From the NCBI RefSeq assembly GCF_009914755.1, contig NC_060925.1: a DNA stretch of 64,000 nt; one strand, 5' to 3'. Shown here in pieces: positions 27,158 through 40,544 of the stretch. The position numbers and the translations under genes were made by a program. The notes below the pieces were generated by a model. The model did not search any database and was not told the origin of the DNA. It saw only the letters and a list, made by a program, of their open reading frames with translations. Source of the DNA: the human T2T-CHM13v2.0 reference genome, Homo sapiens. Position 1 is the first letter of the stretch; the number at the start of each line of letters is the position of its first letter.

Positions 27158-27519
27158 TGTATTAGTCCGTTTTCACACTGCTGTAAAGAATACCTGAGAC
27201 TGGGTAATTTATAAAGTAAAGAGGTTTAATTGACTCACATTTCCGCATGGCTGGGAGACCTCAAGAAACTTACAGTCATGGCAGAAGGTGAAGGGGAAGC
27301 AAGGCACGTCTTACATGGTGGCAGGAGAGAGTGAGTGTGCAGGAGAAACTGTCGCTTTTGAAACCATGAGATCTTGTGAGAACTCCCTCACTATCACGAG
27401 AACAGCCTGGGGGAAACCACCTCATGATGCAATCACCTCCCACCAGGTCCCTCCCTTGACACGTGGGGATTGCAATTCAAGATGGGATTTGGGTGGGCAC
27501 ACAGAGCCAAACCATATCA
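27158..27519 (-). mobile_element. THE1 (D-like) solo LTR
   Basis: tgtattagtccgttttcac...agccaaaccatatca; flanked by attctc on both sides. Confidence 0.92.
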
Positions 27520-27541
27520 ATTCTCCACTTGCATAACCTCA

Positions 27542-28108
<567 letters not shown>

Positions 28109-29510
28109 TCAAAATGGGGAAGAAGAGTGTTCTAGGCATGGAACAATAATGGGTTTTGGGGACCTGTAAGCTGTTCATGAGATTGGAGTGTGGGGTGCTG
28201 GAAGTACTGGTTAGGTAGGGGTGATGAGGCTAGAGGCATAGGCTGGGGTTAGGATATGAAGGGCCTTGTGGATAATGAGGGAGCCATTTAAGAATTATGA
28301 GGGGAGTAACACAATCAGTTTTGTGTTTTAGAAAAATCCCTTGGTTCCAGGGTATGGGTTGTTGAGCAGCTTGGATTTGAGAGGGTGAAGACCAAAGGCA
28401 GGGAGACAAAATAGGAAACCTCTGCAAATCAGAAAAGATGAGGACTAAACACTGGCAAACAGAATGTGGATGGAGAAGAGGTGATAGATCCAGATCTGTT
28501 CCGTAGCAAATAGGAAATATTAGAATGGTAAAATATTGGTGGCCATTTGGGTATGAGGAGTACTGACACTTGTCACCGTAACTTAAAACGTGCCTGGATA
28601 GATATAAAGGTTAATACCTGTTAATTTGCATAGCCTGTTGCTTTATACAGACAATTCAAGATACATTGTAATGAAGGCAAGAGCAATATATTGTCTGTTA
28701 TTGTTTTTAAGGTTTAGTTCTTGTAAATAAAAATGTGAGAAAGTTGTATTAATATCTTCAAGGAAATAGATTTTTATTTGCTATAAAATGCATGATTTTA
28801 ATAAAATTTGAGACTACAAAACAACATATATTTATAACAGTATTGAAAGTAACATGAAATTCTTATAATCTAAATAATGAATTCTACATTTGCATGTATA
28901 GTTGAGTAGTTAACATCTTTGGGCAATTCCATTTTCAGCTATGATGCCATTTAAAGCCAAGTATTGAAATAAACTGAGCAGAATTTACCAAATATTAAAC
29001 CAAAAATTTAAAATAATATTTTTACTGAAATGTTTAGTAATCATTTCGGGAAGAACAAAAATGTTTTGGTACCATTAATACATAACACAAAAATGATTTA
29101 AAAAGTATTATTTTATCATCTCATTCTTATAAAATTTCCTTTTTTGGTGTATTTTTATAATCTATACAATATATTAATATGGTAATACATGTGTAATTGA
29201 TAAGCAATACATACAATAAAGTTAAAAATACACAATAAGGGTATTTGTTCAGAAAAGTTTTACTATTGGGATGAGCCATCAAACGTTTGGAGACCCTGGC
29301 CTGCACAATAAAGACCAAAGTCCTTTTCATGGTACACAGGACTCCTCAAGATCTAGTAATATTTGTCACTGTGTTCTCCAGCTACATGGGACTTCTGGCA
29401 TCCCTCTAACATGACTCTGTGACCTTACTTAGACTTTGCCTATCTATTGCATCCTACTTGAAGTGTCCTCTCCTGCTTATCTCCTCTTCATCATTGAAAA
29501 CACAGTTCTT

Positions 29511-29800
29511 GGCTGGGCGTGATGGCTCATGCCTGTAATTCCAGCACTTTAGGAGGCTGAGGTGGGCGGATCACTTGAGTCCAGGAATTGGAGACCAGCC
29601 TGGCCAACATGGTGAAACCCCGTCTCTACTAAAAAAATACAAAAAATTAGCTGGGCATGGTGGCGCACGCCTGTAATCCCAGCTACTTGGGAGGCAGAGG
29701 TTGCAGTGAGCTGAGATCACACCACTGCACTTCAGCCTGGGCAACAGAATGAGACTCTGTCTCAAACAAAACAAAACAAAACAAAGCAAGACAAAAAAAC
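29511..29800 (+). mobile_element. AluS with a ~30-nt right-arm deletion between gggaggc repeats
   Basis: cagctacttgggaggcagaggttg junction; TSD cacagttctt at 29501-29510 and 29806-29815. Confidence 0.9.
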
Positions 29801-29828
29801 CCCGCCACAGTTCTTAAGACATCCTTCT

Positions 29829-30276
29829 TTTTCTCTGAGACAGGGTCTTGTCCTGTTGCCGGGTTGGAGGGCAGTGGCAGAATTATGGCTCACTACAGCC
29901 TCGTCATCCTGGGCTCAAGTGATCTTCCCACTTTAGCCTCCTGAGTGGCTGGGACTAAAGGTGCATACCACCACACCTGGTTACTTTTAAATTAAATTAA
30001 TTAATTAGTAGAGATAGAATCTTGCCATGTTGCCCAGGCTTGTCTAGACCTCTCAGGTTCAAGTGATCCTCCTGTTTCAGCCTCCCAAGTGTCTGGGATT
30101 ACAAGCATGTGCTACCACACCCAGCTAATTATTTTAATTAATTAATTAATTTTTTTTGTAGAGATGGAGTCTCACCATGTTGCCTGGGCTGGTCTTGAAC
30201 TCCTAGGCTGAAGCAACTCTCCCACCGTGGCCTTCCAAAGTGCTGGGATTACAGGTGTGAGCCACTGTGCTCAGCC
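29829..30276 (-). mobile_element. Trimeric AluJ-like element
   Basis: Three monomers separated by two (TTAA)n-rich linkers; flanks aagacatccttct / aagtcaccttct. Confidence 0.75.
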
Positions 30277-30667
30277 AAGTCACCTTCTTTCTAAAGTCTT
30301 CCATGACTGTTAGAGATATAAATTTGCTTCCTCCCCTGTGATGCTTCTGTGCCTTTTATATCCTTTAAAAACTGTTACATGTTATTTATTTTCACATCTG
30401 TTTCCTCTTCTAGATTGTTAGCTACTTGGGGATTGTGTTCCTGGCTTTTCTTTTTTGAATCCGTAACACTTAGTGCTGACACTAGAAATAAGTATTTACT
30501 GTATTGATTTGTATTTAGTTACAGAGCACATTCTAGATCTATTTCCATTAAAATTAGCTGAAATACACAATTATGAACCGGCTCCACATCAGGCTTTCTC
30601 TTGTGTATGCCCTGACAATCAAGAGATTTTGTTGTATAATATCTTATTTCTCTCTTTTTTGATAAAG

Positions 30668-30749
30668 CCTTCTGAAACCAAAGCAAAGGCAATTGAAAAG
30701 ATTGATGATGTTCTTGAGTTGTACATGGGAATTCGAGATATTGATTTAG
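30668..30749 (+). CDS. GIPC2: GIPC2 internal coding exon (probably exon 5), 82 bp, phase 0 to 1: PSETKAKAIEKIDDVLELYMGIRDIDL
   Basis: Polypyrimidine tract plus gataaag acceptor (ends 30667); donor TTAG|gtaaga at 30750. Peptide matches the GIPC GH2-domain start (IDDVLELYMGIRD). Confidence 0.95.
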
Positions 30750-32015
30750 GTAAGATTATACTATTTAAAAAAGTCTTATATCTCTTAATCTGCTTAATGT
30801 TTATGTCTTGTTTATACATACAGCCAATTATACTTTTGAAGATAACAATATTTGTGGTATGATGAAAAGAATAACAGACATAAAGATAAGAATAATGAAG
30901 ACCTGTTCCTTACCGCTTTCTAGCTATGAGGTCTTAGTGCCAAGTAAACTTTAAAACATTTTAGTTAGTTCTTAGTCATTAAACTGTGACTACTATCTCC
31001 TTTAGTGTTGTTTGTTTGGATTTAAAAAATATACATAAAATGAATTTTGTAGATGATACATATAAAAGGCATTATTATTTGATATATCAGAAGTGCATTG
31101 ATTGAATTGCACCCTTTAACAGGGTTACTGAAGCCCTATGAACAAGGAATTAGAAATATGAAGAAAGGGGACACACTTGGCATATGACTGAGAAGGGCAG
31201 TTGAGCAGTTGAATTTCTGCGTATTTCTTATGTCATCATTAGGCTGTCAGGGTCTTGTTTATCAGTTAAGACTCTACCAGTTGCAAATGACTAAAACAAA
31301 AACCAAACAAAAAACCCTAATTCCAGCTGGCTTAAGGAAAAAAAAAAAGGAGAAACTTATTGGTTCTTATAATTGAAAAGTCTAGCGCTAGACCTTGGCT
31401 TCAAGAATGGCTGGATCCCAAGTTCTCATGCTGTCATCAGGATATGATTTCTCTTCTCTCAGTCTTGGCTTCATTTCAGGCCCCTGTGGTATCCCCTGGC
31501 AGCTTCAGTCTCTCCCTCATGGGGCCAAAATGACTGCTATTGCTCCACCCTCTGCATCCTCGTGGCATCAAGCACAATGAGAAAGAGGGAGGACCTCTTC
31601 CAAATCATTCAAACAAAATGCCCAATATTGTCGCTGGTTGGTCTGATTGGCTCAAGTGAGCCAGTCACTGAGGCCAAGAGGATGGTAGGTCTGGGTTGAA
31701 CGCTCTGGAACTGACAGTGACCCTGAAATACAAGGGTCAAGAGTGTGAAAAAGGCCTGACCCTTCCCATGCAGAAGCAAGATAAATGTTCCACTAAGTAG
31801 GGCAGTTGCATGCTGGGTAGAGAAAAGAGAGTAAATGTACACTCCAGTGTGGGGGTTTATGTCTGCATGCATCCACAGGTATGCATTTGAATCAGGTACT
31901 TTCTACATTTTTTAAAGGTAAGAACTTGACTATTTTGTTTATCTGCTACCAGGTAGAGTATTTGAAGCTCATTTATCCTTTTCTACTTCCACTCATATTC
32001 CATTTTCCTTATAGA

Positions 32016-32438
32016 ATTACCAAAAGACAAAACAAATTTACCTTAAAAATCTCAACTGGCTTTTATTTGCAACTCTAGTATCAGGCAACACCTCAAAATG
32101 AGTGCTCTGATGAGCTGAGCAGAGGAGGTTGACTTTAGAGTCAGAAAATGGCTGAAGAAATCAGAAACATAACAAAAAGTGGGTTCCTGTTGCAAGGTTA
32201 CTTTCTTCGTAAAGGTGAAAACAGAGGGAATTTCCTTATCATGCCAGCTAAAACTGGCCCATTTGGGGATTTGGCTATTACCTGTCTTTCTCCTGATTTT
32301 GTGGAAGGTCAGATAAACAACTTAGTTTGGCTTAGTGAGTGGAACTTCAGCATGAGTAACTCCATTTTGGTTTGGTCTGTTAGGCCTAGTATAGGAGCTC
32401 AGTCCAAACCAATCACCTCCTATAAATTTTATTTAACA
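32016..32438 (-). mobile_element. ERV1-class solo LTR (MER31-like)
   Basis: Reverse strand begins tgttaaataaaatttataggagg...ggactgagctcc...accaaaatggagt. Confidence 0.6.
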
Positions 32439-32489
32439 ATCTATTCTTATTTTCTTTCTTGCCTGTGTGAACTTTTATTTATCTTCTAA

Positions 32490-33119
32490 TTTTTGAGACA
32501 GGATCTCACTCTGTCACCCAGGCTGGAGTGCAGTGGCACAATCATAGCTCACTGCAGCCTTGATGTCCTGGTCCCAAGCACTTCCCCTACCTCAGCCTCC
32601 CACGTAGCTAGGACCACAGGTGTGTGCCTCCATACCCAGCTATTTATTTTATTTTACTTTAACAAATTTTTTTTGGTAGAGATGGGGTCTTGCTATGTTG
32701 CTCAGGCTCAAGTGATCCCCCTGTCTCGTCTGTCAAAGTGCAGGGAGAGATTACAGGTGTGAGCCATCATTGCCAGCCCTGAGAACTTTTAAAATAAAAT
32801 TTCTGTACTGGATATAGAGATGCTGTCTGCAACTTAAAAACATTGGTAGTTTGTTCCTTGCTCCTTGGAGAAAAATACAAAATTTTCGTGTGGATGCTTT
32901 TATCCTCTGTGCAGACAAGAAGTTAAAGCTGAAAACCAATGTCTGAGAACTTCTCTTTCCAATCCTTTTGCCTGGCTAATTTTTTTAATTTTAATTTTTG
33001 TAGAGATGGGGTCTACTTGTGTTACCTAAGCTGGTCCTGAACTCCTGGGCTCAAGCCATCCTCTTGCCTTGGCCTCCCAAAGTGTTGGAATTACTGGCAT
33101 TGAGCCGCTAAGCCCAGCC
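32490..33119 (-). mobile_element. Two AluJ-type pieces (~32490-32778 and ~32968-33119)
   Basis: Reverse Alu consensus segments. Confidence 0.85.
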
Positions 33120-33520
33120 TCAGTCTCCTGTTTTGAAATTGCAGATCTCAAGGAACAATAGAATCCATGCTGTGGTCTGGAGTGAATCACAGACACAGGG
33201 CCTAGGAAAAGATCTAACTAGGAATAAAGACAGACATACACATAAACATGAATACTTTTAGACATATAAGGAAATATGTAACATATAAATAGAGGCATCA
33301 ACGTGTACATAAATCAAATTTAGAATAGAAATGTTTATTCGTACAACAGTCTAGACTGTGGGCCATTCTTTAGTGGTATTTTTCCATACAGGAGGGAAGC
33401 AAATGTATATATGTGTACATGAATTTTTACATATACATACACACATACGCATAGATGTATTTATGCTCACATACAGTGAAAGAGATATGATATAGTATTG
33501 CTTACAGGCATACATATTTG

Positions 33521-33791
33521 GCTTGAGGCCCTAACCCTAACCCTAACCCTAACCCTAACCCTAAAAGAGACCAGCCTGGGCAACATAGTGAGATGAGACC
33601 CTGTCTCTACTAAAAAAACAAAAACAAAACAAAACAAAAAAATTAGCCAGGCATGGTGGCATGCACCTGAAGTCCTAGCCACTTGAGAGTCTGAGGCAGG
33701 AGGATCGCTTGAGTCCAAGAGTTTGAAGCTGCAGTGAGCTAGGATGGCGCCACTGCACTTTAGACTGGACAATAGAGTGAGACCCTGTCTC

Positions 33792-33822
<31 letters not shown>

Positions 33823-33845
33823 AAATGAAAAAAAAAAGAAGAAAA
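33521..33845 (+). mobile_element. 5'-truncated AluJ carrying a telomeric insert; (AAAT)n tail
   Basis: gcttgaggcc[...]gagaccagcctgggcaacatagtgaga...gaccctgtctct(aaat)n. Confidence 0.88.
33529..33564 (-). repeat. Interstitial telomeric sequence (CCCTAA)6, i.e. (TTAGGG)6 on the - strand
   Basis: Six perfect consecutive CCCTAA units. Confidence 0.97.
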
Positions 33846-34899
33846 TGCAGCTTAAAAAAAGGAAATTCAGGGCACTAAACATTCCTTACAAATTCTTTGT
33901 AAATTAACCAGAAATTTATTTGTAAGGTGAATTAGTTATCTGTAACAAATTCCTCTAATTGACATGAAAAGCCATTATCATTACACATGATTAGCAATGT
34001 AATCAGTTACCTAGAGAGGTAAAGTGTAAGGAAAGTAATTATTTGAAGAATGTAAGCCATTGTTAAATTAGGAATTTCTTTCATTATTCAGATCTGATTA
34101 GCATGAAATATAAATCACAAGTGTGATACTGATTTAACAGACAAATATATTTACTTGTATAAATATTCTCAGTATTTCTTAGCTTTCAGAAATGTTAATT
34201 CTTAATGCAAATTACACTGACATCACATTTTTCTGTATTTGTTAACGTAAGTATATATCTTAAAAATTTAAAAAGTAATATGGCAACAACGTGACTTAAA
34301 ACACTATCCTCAAAAAAAGATTAAGAGGTGTTTATTATTTGAAAATGGAAAATAATTTAAATGAATTTTTGTAGAGAGTAATCCTGAAGATGAAAGTGCT
34401 TCATTTGATTGTAAAGTTAAGTTGTGAACGATGACTTTTCTACCAGCCAGTGTCAACATGGGTCACCTTGGGATGTTATCCATGAAAAAAATTAAGCGTT
34501 CTAAAAGATGCTGAGTCCTATAAGACCTCACATGGTCTTGACCTAACTCAGTGGAAAGTTGTGTCATACAAGTTTCTTCTTGAATGTTTAAAGAAACTGT
34601 GTAAGTTGTGTATAGAACTATAATGTTTTCTGATGATACCAATTTAGGAGATCATCCAAGCAACTTCAGAATTTTAGGGTTTCAAATTTATTGAGATCCT
34701 GAGATGTGTGGAAAGAAGATTTGAATGATTGTTTCAAAGTCATTTATTCTATAAAATCTTTTCTTTTTTTTTTCTTTTTAAAAATTTTACTACTTTGCTT
34801 TTGGAGCAGATATGAAGTCTGTTATAGCTCTTGAAAAAGTATGCAGTAATGGTGTTTTAATAGTGAGAATTACATTTCTTCCTTTCTTCCTAGGATCAC

Positions 34900-35196
34900 T
34901 TTTTTTTTTTTTTTTTCAGACAGAGTCTTGCTCTGTCACCCAGGCTGGAGTGCAGTGGCACAATCTCGCTCACTGCAACCCCCGCCTCCCGGGTTCAAGC
35001 GATTCTCCTGCCTCAGCCTCCTGAGCAGCTGGGATTATAGGCGCCCACCACCATGGCCAGCTAATTTTTTGTATTTTTAGTAGAGATGGGGTTTCACCAT
35101 GTTGACCAGGCTGGTCCCGAACTCCTGACCTTGTGATCCACCTGCCTTGGCCTCCCAAAGTGCTAGGATTACAGGCATGAGCTACCATGCCGGGCC
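34900..35196 (-). mobile_element. AluS
   Basis: Reverse Alu consensus; TSD gatcacttt. Confidence 0.93.
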
Positions 35197-35724
35197 AGAT
35201 CACTTTCTTTTTATAGTGAATTCAAAACAATGAACACTATAGAAAGTCATCCTTTTCAGATAAAGCCAATGAAGTTTTAGAAATTTTCATTAAAAATCAT
35301 TCTACATTGACTGCATTTTTGATGTTTGACTTGTGAATTGTTTGAAAAGCATTGATATTTATAAAAAGTCTTAGGAAAAGTAAGGCCTGAAGACCTTCCA
35401 TAGAATGAGACGTAGTTGCATATTTTATGATTAAACTAACAATAATGATGACTAATCTTCAAACCCTGCTATTTGCCATTTTATAGATTTGAAAACTGAC
35501 ATTCAGAGAAGTTTGATAACTTGCCCAAAGTTACCTAAGAAGTTAAAAACTAAGATTTAATTCTGAAACTTTGATACCAAGATTTTTAACCGTAAAGATT
35601 TTTAACCGTAAATATCTTATATTTAAAAGTTCTGTTTAAGTGTTTAAAAAGTTAATGGAAATTATATGTTGATCTGTATCACCAAAACAAGTTTGTCATT
35701 AATAATAATGTAAATGTAGTCCAG

Positions 35725-35759
35725 TGGCAGTAATAAAAATGGCCACTAGAGGTCAGCAC
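35725..35759 (+). promoter_or_regulatory. CTCF-like site (core TGGCCACTAGAGGTCAGCAC plus upstream GCAGT module)
   Basis: Core at 35740-35759 has one mismatch to CCACYAGRGGGCAG; tggcagtaat lies 5 bp upstream. Confidence 0.6.
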
Positions 35760-35932
35760 TTAGCTGCTATATGTGGTAAAAAAAAATTCTCTTTACAGTT
35801 AAGAAAATTCTTTTTGAGATGGGGTCTCACTATGTTGCCCAGGCTGATCTCAAAATCCTGGACTCAAGCAGTCTCCCTACATCACCCTCCCAAGTAGCAG
35901 GGATTACAGGTTAAACATTTACTATTTTTTAA

Positions 35933-36263
<331 letters not shown>

Positions 36264-37459
36264 AAGAAAATTCTACTCTTCTAATGGAATATTTTTTGCC
36301 AGATTGCATTCAGGTTTATTATTGCAGTATATTGTAATTTTATTATAATCAACAGATGAAAATAATCTTAGTGGCTATCTTATGTTAATATGCTGTACCT
36401 TTATAAAAAGTGTTTTATTTTGCTAAATTTTCTTTTGCTTTTCTCTTAAATCAGAGCTATAATATTTTATCAAAAAGGATGAATTTTACCATTTACTTAT
36501 CCTGTAAAGATGTCTTAAAAGCTATGTTCACCAAACCCAGCTGAGGATGAGAAATAAAATAAAAAAGCGATGTTTATACTTTATGTATTAGGAAAAATAT
36601 ATAACATATTTAGCTGCATGCTGCATTTTTGAATTCATATAGCAAATTACTGGTTTTTAAAAGATGTATAGAGCACTGTATTACATGCAGTATTTCCAGC
36701 ACAATTATGTAGCTGTGTAATTGGCATTTTTTTGTTGTTTCTACAAGATCAGGTATTTTTTGAAGGCAGATACCATATCTTGCTCAGTTTTAATCCCAGC
36801 TCTTACCACAGTACCTCTCCAAGAGTAAGTACTTGATAAATGTCTGTTGAGAGTCACAAAAGTAGTGAATTCACAGGGAGCATGAGTCCTAATTTTATTA
36901 GTTTGGAGCTTTGGCCCTTGGGCAAATTATTAAACTTAGAATCCTAATTTTCACATCTATAAAAGGGACATAATAAAAATAATCTTATAGGGTTGCCAAG
37001 GAATCAAATAATCTGTATAAAGTCCTGTCACATCATAAATAATAATGGGTGTAGGTATTATCATTCTTAGTGATGATCACTAATGATGATTACTATTAGT
37101 AGTTGTAATGGCAGTGGTAATAGAGGGAGAACATGTGGAGCTGTATAACTAGACTGTATCAGCAGCTCTGGGCAGTACTGAGTGTGGGGGTTTTTCTTCA
37201 CTTTTCTGCTGTGCCAGAATGAGTGCATGAGCGAGATTATGCATTTTGGACTGTGAGGTTAGACTATGGGCATCTTGAAGCAGCATTTTCTTTCATTTTT
37301 GTGACTAGAAACCCAAAGCAGACATTGCAAGTCAGTGCAGGTGAAATCTACAACATGGAGTTCCCGGGCTTAGTGCACTAGACAATGCTGCTGAGCTTCC
37401 TGAGGTATAAAAAAAAAATCATGTACCAAGTTGTTTCTTTTTCCCTCTTATAGCCAAGG

Positions 37460-37460
<1 letters not shown>

Positions 37461-37507
<47 letters not shown>

Positions 37508-37512
37508 AGAGA
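37461..37512. repeat. (TG)n(AG)n microsatellite
   Basis: Direct reading. Confidence 0.97.
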
Positions 37513-38553
37513 AATTGATTCAGTGTCCATCAGTGAACATCTGCATCCTTGTCATTGTCTCCCCCAGCATTTAAGAGTGTCATCTATACTGTTAGTTTCT
37601 GTTTCTGAATGGTCCGTACATTTTCTTATGTCTTTTATCTGTATGCATCTTATTTCTTCCTCAGCTAGCTTTCTTAACATGTGTTACCCATATGTCATTA
37701 TAATCTTTAGGTAGTTGTCTTAATAAATGCTACCTGTAAAGCCTATGAGAAAGAGTTAAAATGGTAGAGTAAGCAAAATTCTGAACTGGAGTTCTACTTC
37801 AGCAGTACTTCACCTTAACATTCTGGCTACTCTTCTTTTACATCCTGGCTATGAGACCAGAGTTCTGGACTTCACTTTCCCCAGTGCATGCTAACTGTGC
37901 CTGTGCAAAAAGTATGTAAGTGTAATTACACACCCTCCTCTTGCACCACCCATTCACTAGCATTTATTATGCATGAGACACTGAATTAGTTACTACGGGC
38001 ATAAAAGACTGAGTAAGCTACTCAAGATCTGTTGGGAGTTTATTCTTTTAGTAGGAGAGAAAAAAATACACAGAAAAATAAATGTCAGTGCAGAGCAATG
38101 TTGAATTTGCAGTCTAAGACCTTTTTATTGAAAGTGTTTCCTGAGGACCAGCATCACCTGGGAGTTGAAAATGCAGAATCTCAGGGCTGCAGAACTACTG
38201 AACCAAAATCTCCATTTTGCCAAGATCCTAGGTGATTTGTTTGTGCATTTAAGCATGAAAAACACTGGCAGAAGGGTTTAGAGAATGGGGATATCTCTTC
38301 CAGCTGTGGACAAAGGATTTCATGGAGGAGAGAGCCTTGAAGGAGAGAAGGATTTTGATGGTGGTGCTGGTGGCTAGGAGGAGGTTATCCTGGGCAAAGG
38401 CAGAAAGCAGCGAAGATAGCATTTTGAGTGGTCAGATTTATGAGGGTACAGCATTAATGTAGTGTAGTGTAGTGAGAACCAAGGGTTCTGTAGATTAGAC
38501 TGCCACTAGGGTTTAGTTTTAAAGATAAACATTGGTTACACAAGGAAAAAAAA

Positions 38554-38555
<2 letters not shown>

Positions 38556-38600
<45 letters not shown>

Positions 38601-39330
38601 TATGGATTCATGGCTTCCTGTTCTATTCACTGGAGTTATAATATATTACCATCATTACTTATTTGGATATTTAAATTATCCCTGATTTGGTCAGTGTGAA
38701 CTCTTGCACTCTGACATCTATATCCTTTTCACATGTTCCCATCATTTTGTGACACTTTCTTACTTTCTGGTACAAGATAGTCTTGGTTCATATTGCACTT
38801 TGCCTGCTCTAGCCCTGGAATCTGCCATTTTTCTGAGGAAGTCTTAGTCTTTCTAATGGAGAATGGTATTTAAGAACCAAGATTTCGGTGCTTTGTGTAC
38901 TCATTGTAGTTGGGATGTCATGCTTCCAGGACTGAGGAATGTGTATACACATGCATGTATGCATTTATGTCTGTATTTTTATAACACCTCAATTGGAGAT
39001 ATATATATATTTCCAGTGATATCTACAATTCTAATTCCATAGGGTTCATTCTTATTTTCTCCCTTTCCCTATTTATCCTTTTCTGGCAGTGACAAACTTG
39101 ATTCCTGTTGTTCTGTATGTATGTGTCTGTGTATGTGTGTATGTATGTGTGTGTGTGTGTGTGTATGTATGTGTGTGTGTATGTATGTGATCCATCTCCA
39201 TATGTGTAACTAATCTCTTATCACCGTGGCTGCTGCCCTCCCTCCCCATTCCCATGCCATCCTCACCACATCTGTACTCTCCCACCCCATGCCAGGCTGC
39301 CTGGCCATATAGAAGCCCTCCTTACCTTAC
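38556..39330 (-). mobile_element. L1MC4/5-type 3' fragment with embedded (TG)n and (TATG)n tracts
   Basis: tatggattcatgg...ttctggtacaagat...agccctggaatctgccatttttc...ggagaatggtatttaagaaccaagat. Confidence 0.65.
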
Positions 39331-40392
39331 TAGAGGTTTGATCCCTCTACTAGTTCACTGCACCCCCACCCTACTTCTGCTCTGATCCTGGTGCTCTTCT
39401 GTAGGCCACATCTCTCCCTTTTCTTCCTAGCCTGCCTTGTGTTAGGACTGAACTGATGGGAAGAGGCATAGCTTTTATCTCTCTAGACCTTGTGGCTCGT
39501 TCAGAGAAGTCATACAAACTTGGATTAGTTCATCCTTAACCTGGAAGGAAAGGAGATGCTGGAGCTTTTCCCTGGGGCTTTGGCGTTTCCCTTTCACATG
39601 GAGGTTTTTCACCCAAGTCCCACATCACATATACACCATCTCTTTCTGGTTGCTGGTGCTTCTAGGGTGCTGAGTGGAAATCCACTGAGCCTCTTGGGCT
39701 CCCAGACAGCTGGGGCAAGTCCTAAGTACTCCTGAAGATGCTGGTTCCAAGACATAGAATATGGAACCCAGGCAACTTAGTAGAAAAACTGAACAAGGCC
39801 GCCACTTTCATGTTCTATCCCAAACTGGAGAGGGGCTCAGAAAAGGTACCTTGATTCCACAGGTAGACAGATGTCTTCCTCTGCTTCTCCCCAGCTTGAC
39901 TGCTCCAGTGCAAGCTGTCATCCTTTGTCTTTTTGTCTTTGGGCAGGGAGGACTGGACTCCATCTCAGTTGGCAGTGGGGGACTGGTGGAGGAGGGAGGG
40001 AGAGTAGTGACTATTAGGAGGTTGGGGAAGGGGTGTTCTTTAAGTTTCCTGCTAGGGTTAGTCACAGCCACAGGGTTTCTTTCAGGGGATCTTGTTCTAC
40101 CCATGGGAATGCCAGAGGTTCCCAACTGATGGGCTCCAAGGTTGGGTAGGGGGCAAGGGTGGCAGCTGCAAACCTGGGTTCAGTGGACACATTGTTGAAA
40201 AGTATCTTTGCCACCTTGATGTGTGTGTGTGAGAGAGGGTATCTTACTGTTTTAATTTGCATTTAATTTTGCATTTAATTTGAAATATATTTATGCATGT
40301 TACTTTTAGCAAGTAATTTTCCTGTTGCCATTTTTCTCAGTCCTTTGATGCTATTTCATTTATTGTTAATTTTTTAATATTATTTTTGATAG

Positions 40393-40544
40393 CCACCACA
40401 ATGTTTGAAGCTGGAAAGGACAAAGTAAATCCAGATGAATTTGCTGTGGCACTTGACGAAACTCTTGGAGACTTTGCGTTCCCAGACGAATTTGTCTTTG
40501 ATGTTTGGGGAGTCATTGGTGATGCCAAACGAAGAGGATTATGA
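40393..40544 (+). CDS. GIPC2: GIPC2 last coding exon: (A)TTMFEAGKDKVNPDEFAVALDETLGDFAFPDEFVFDVWGVIGDAKRRGL*
   Basis: Acceptor tttttgatag ends at 40392. G from the previous exon plus CC gives Ala. GH2 motif LGDFAFPDEFVFDVWG is present; TGA at 40542-40544. Confidence 0.96.

Noticed and set aside
30473-30862. 129-aa ORF
   Set aside because: Same situation: intron read-through around the 82-bp GIPC2 exon, with a non-ATG start.
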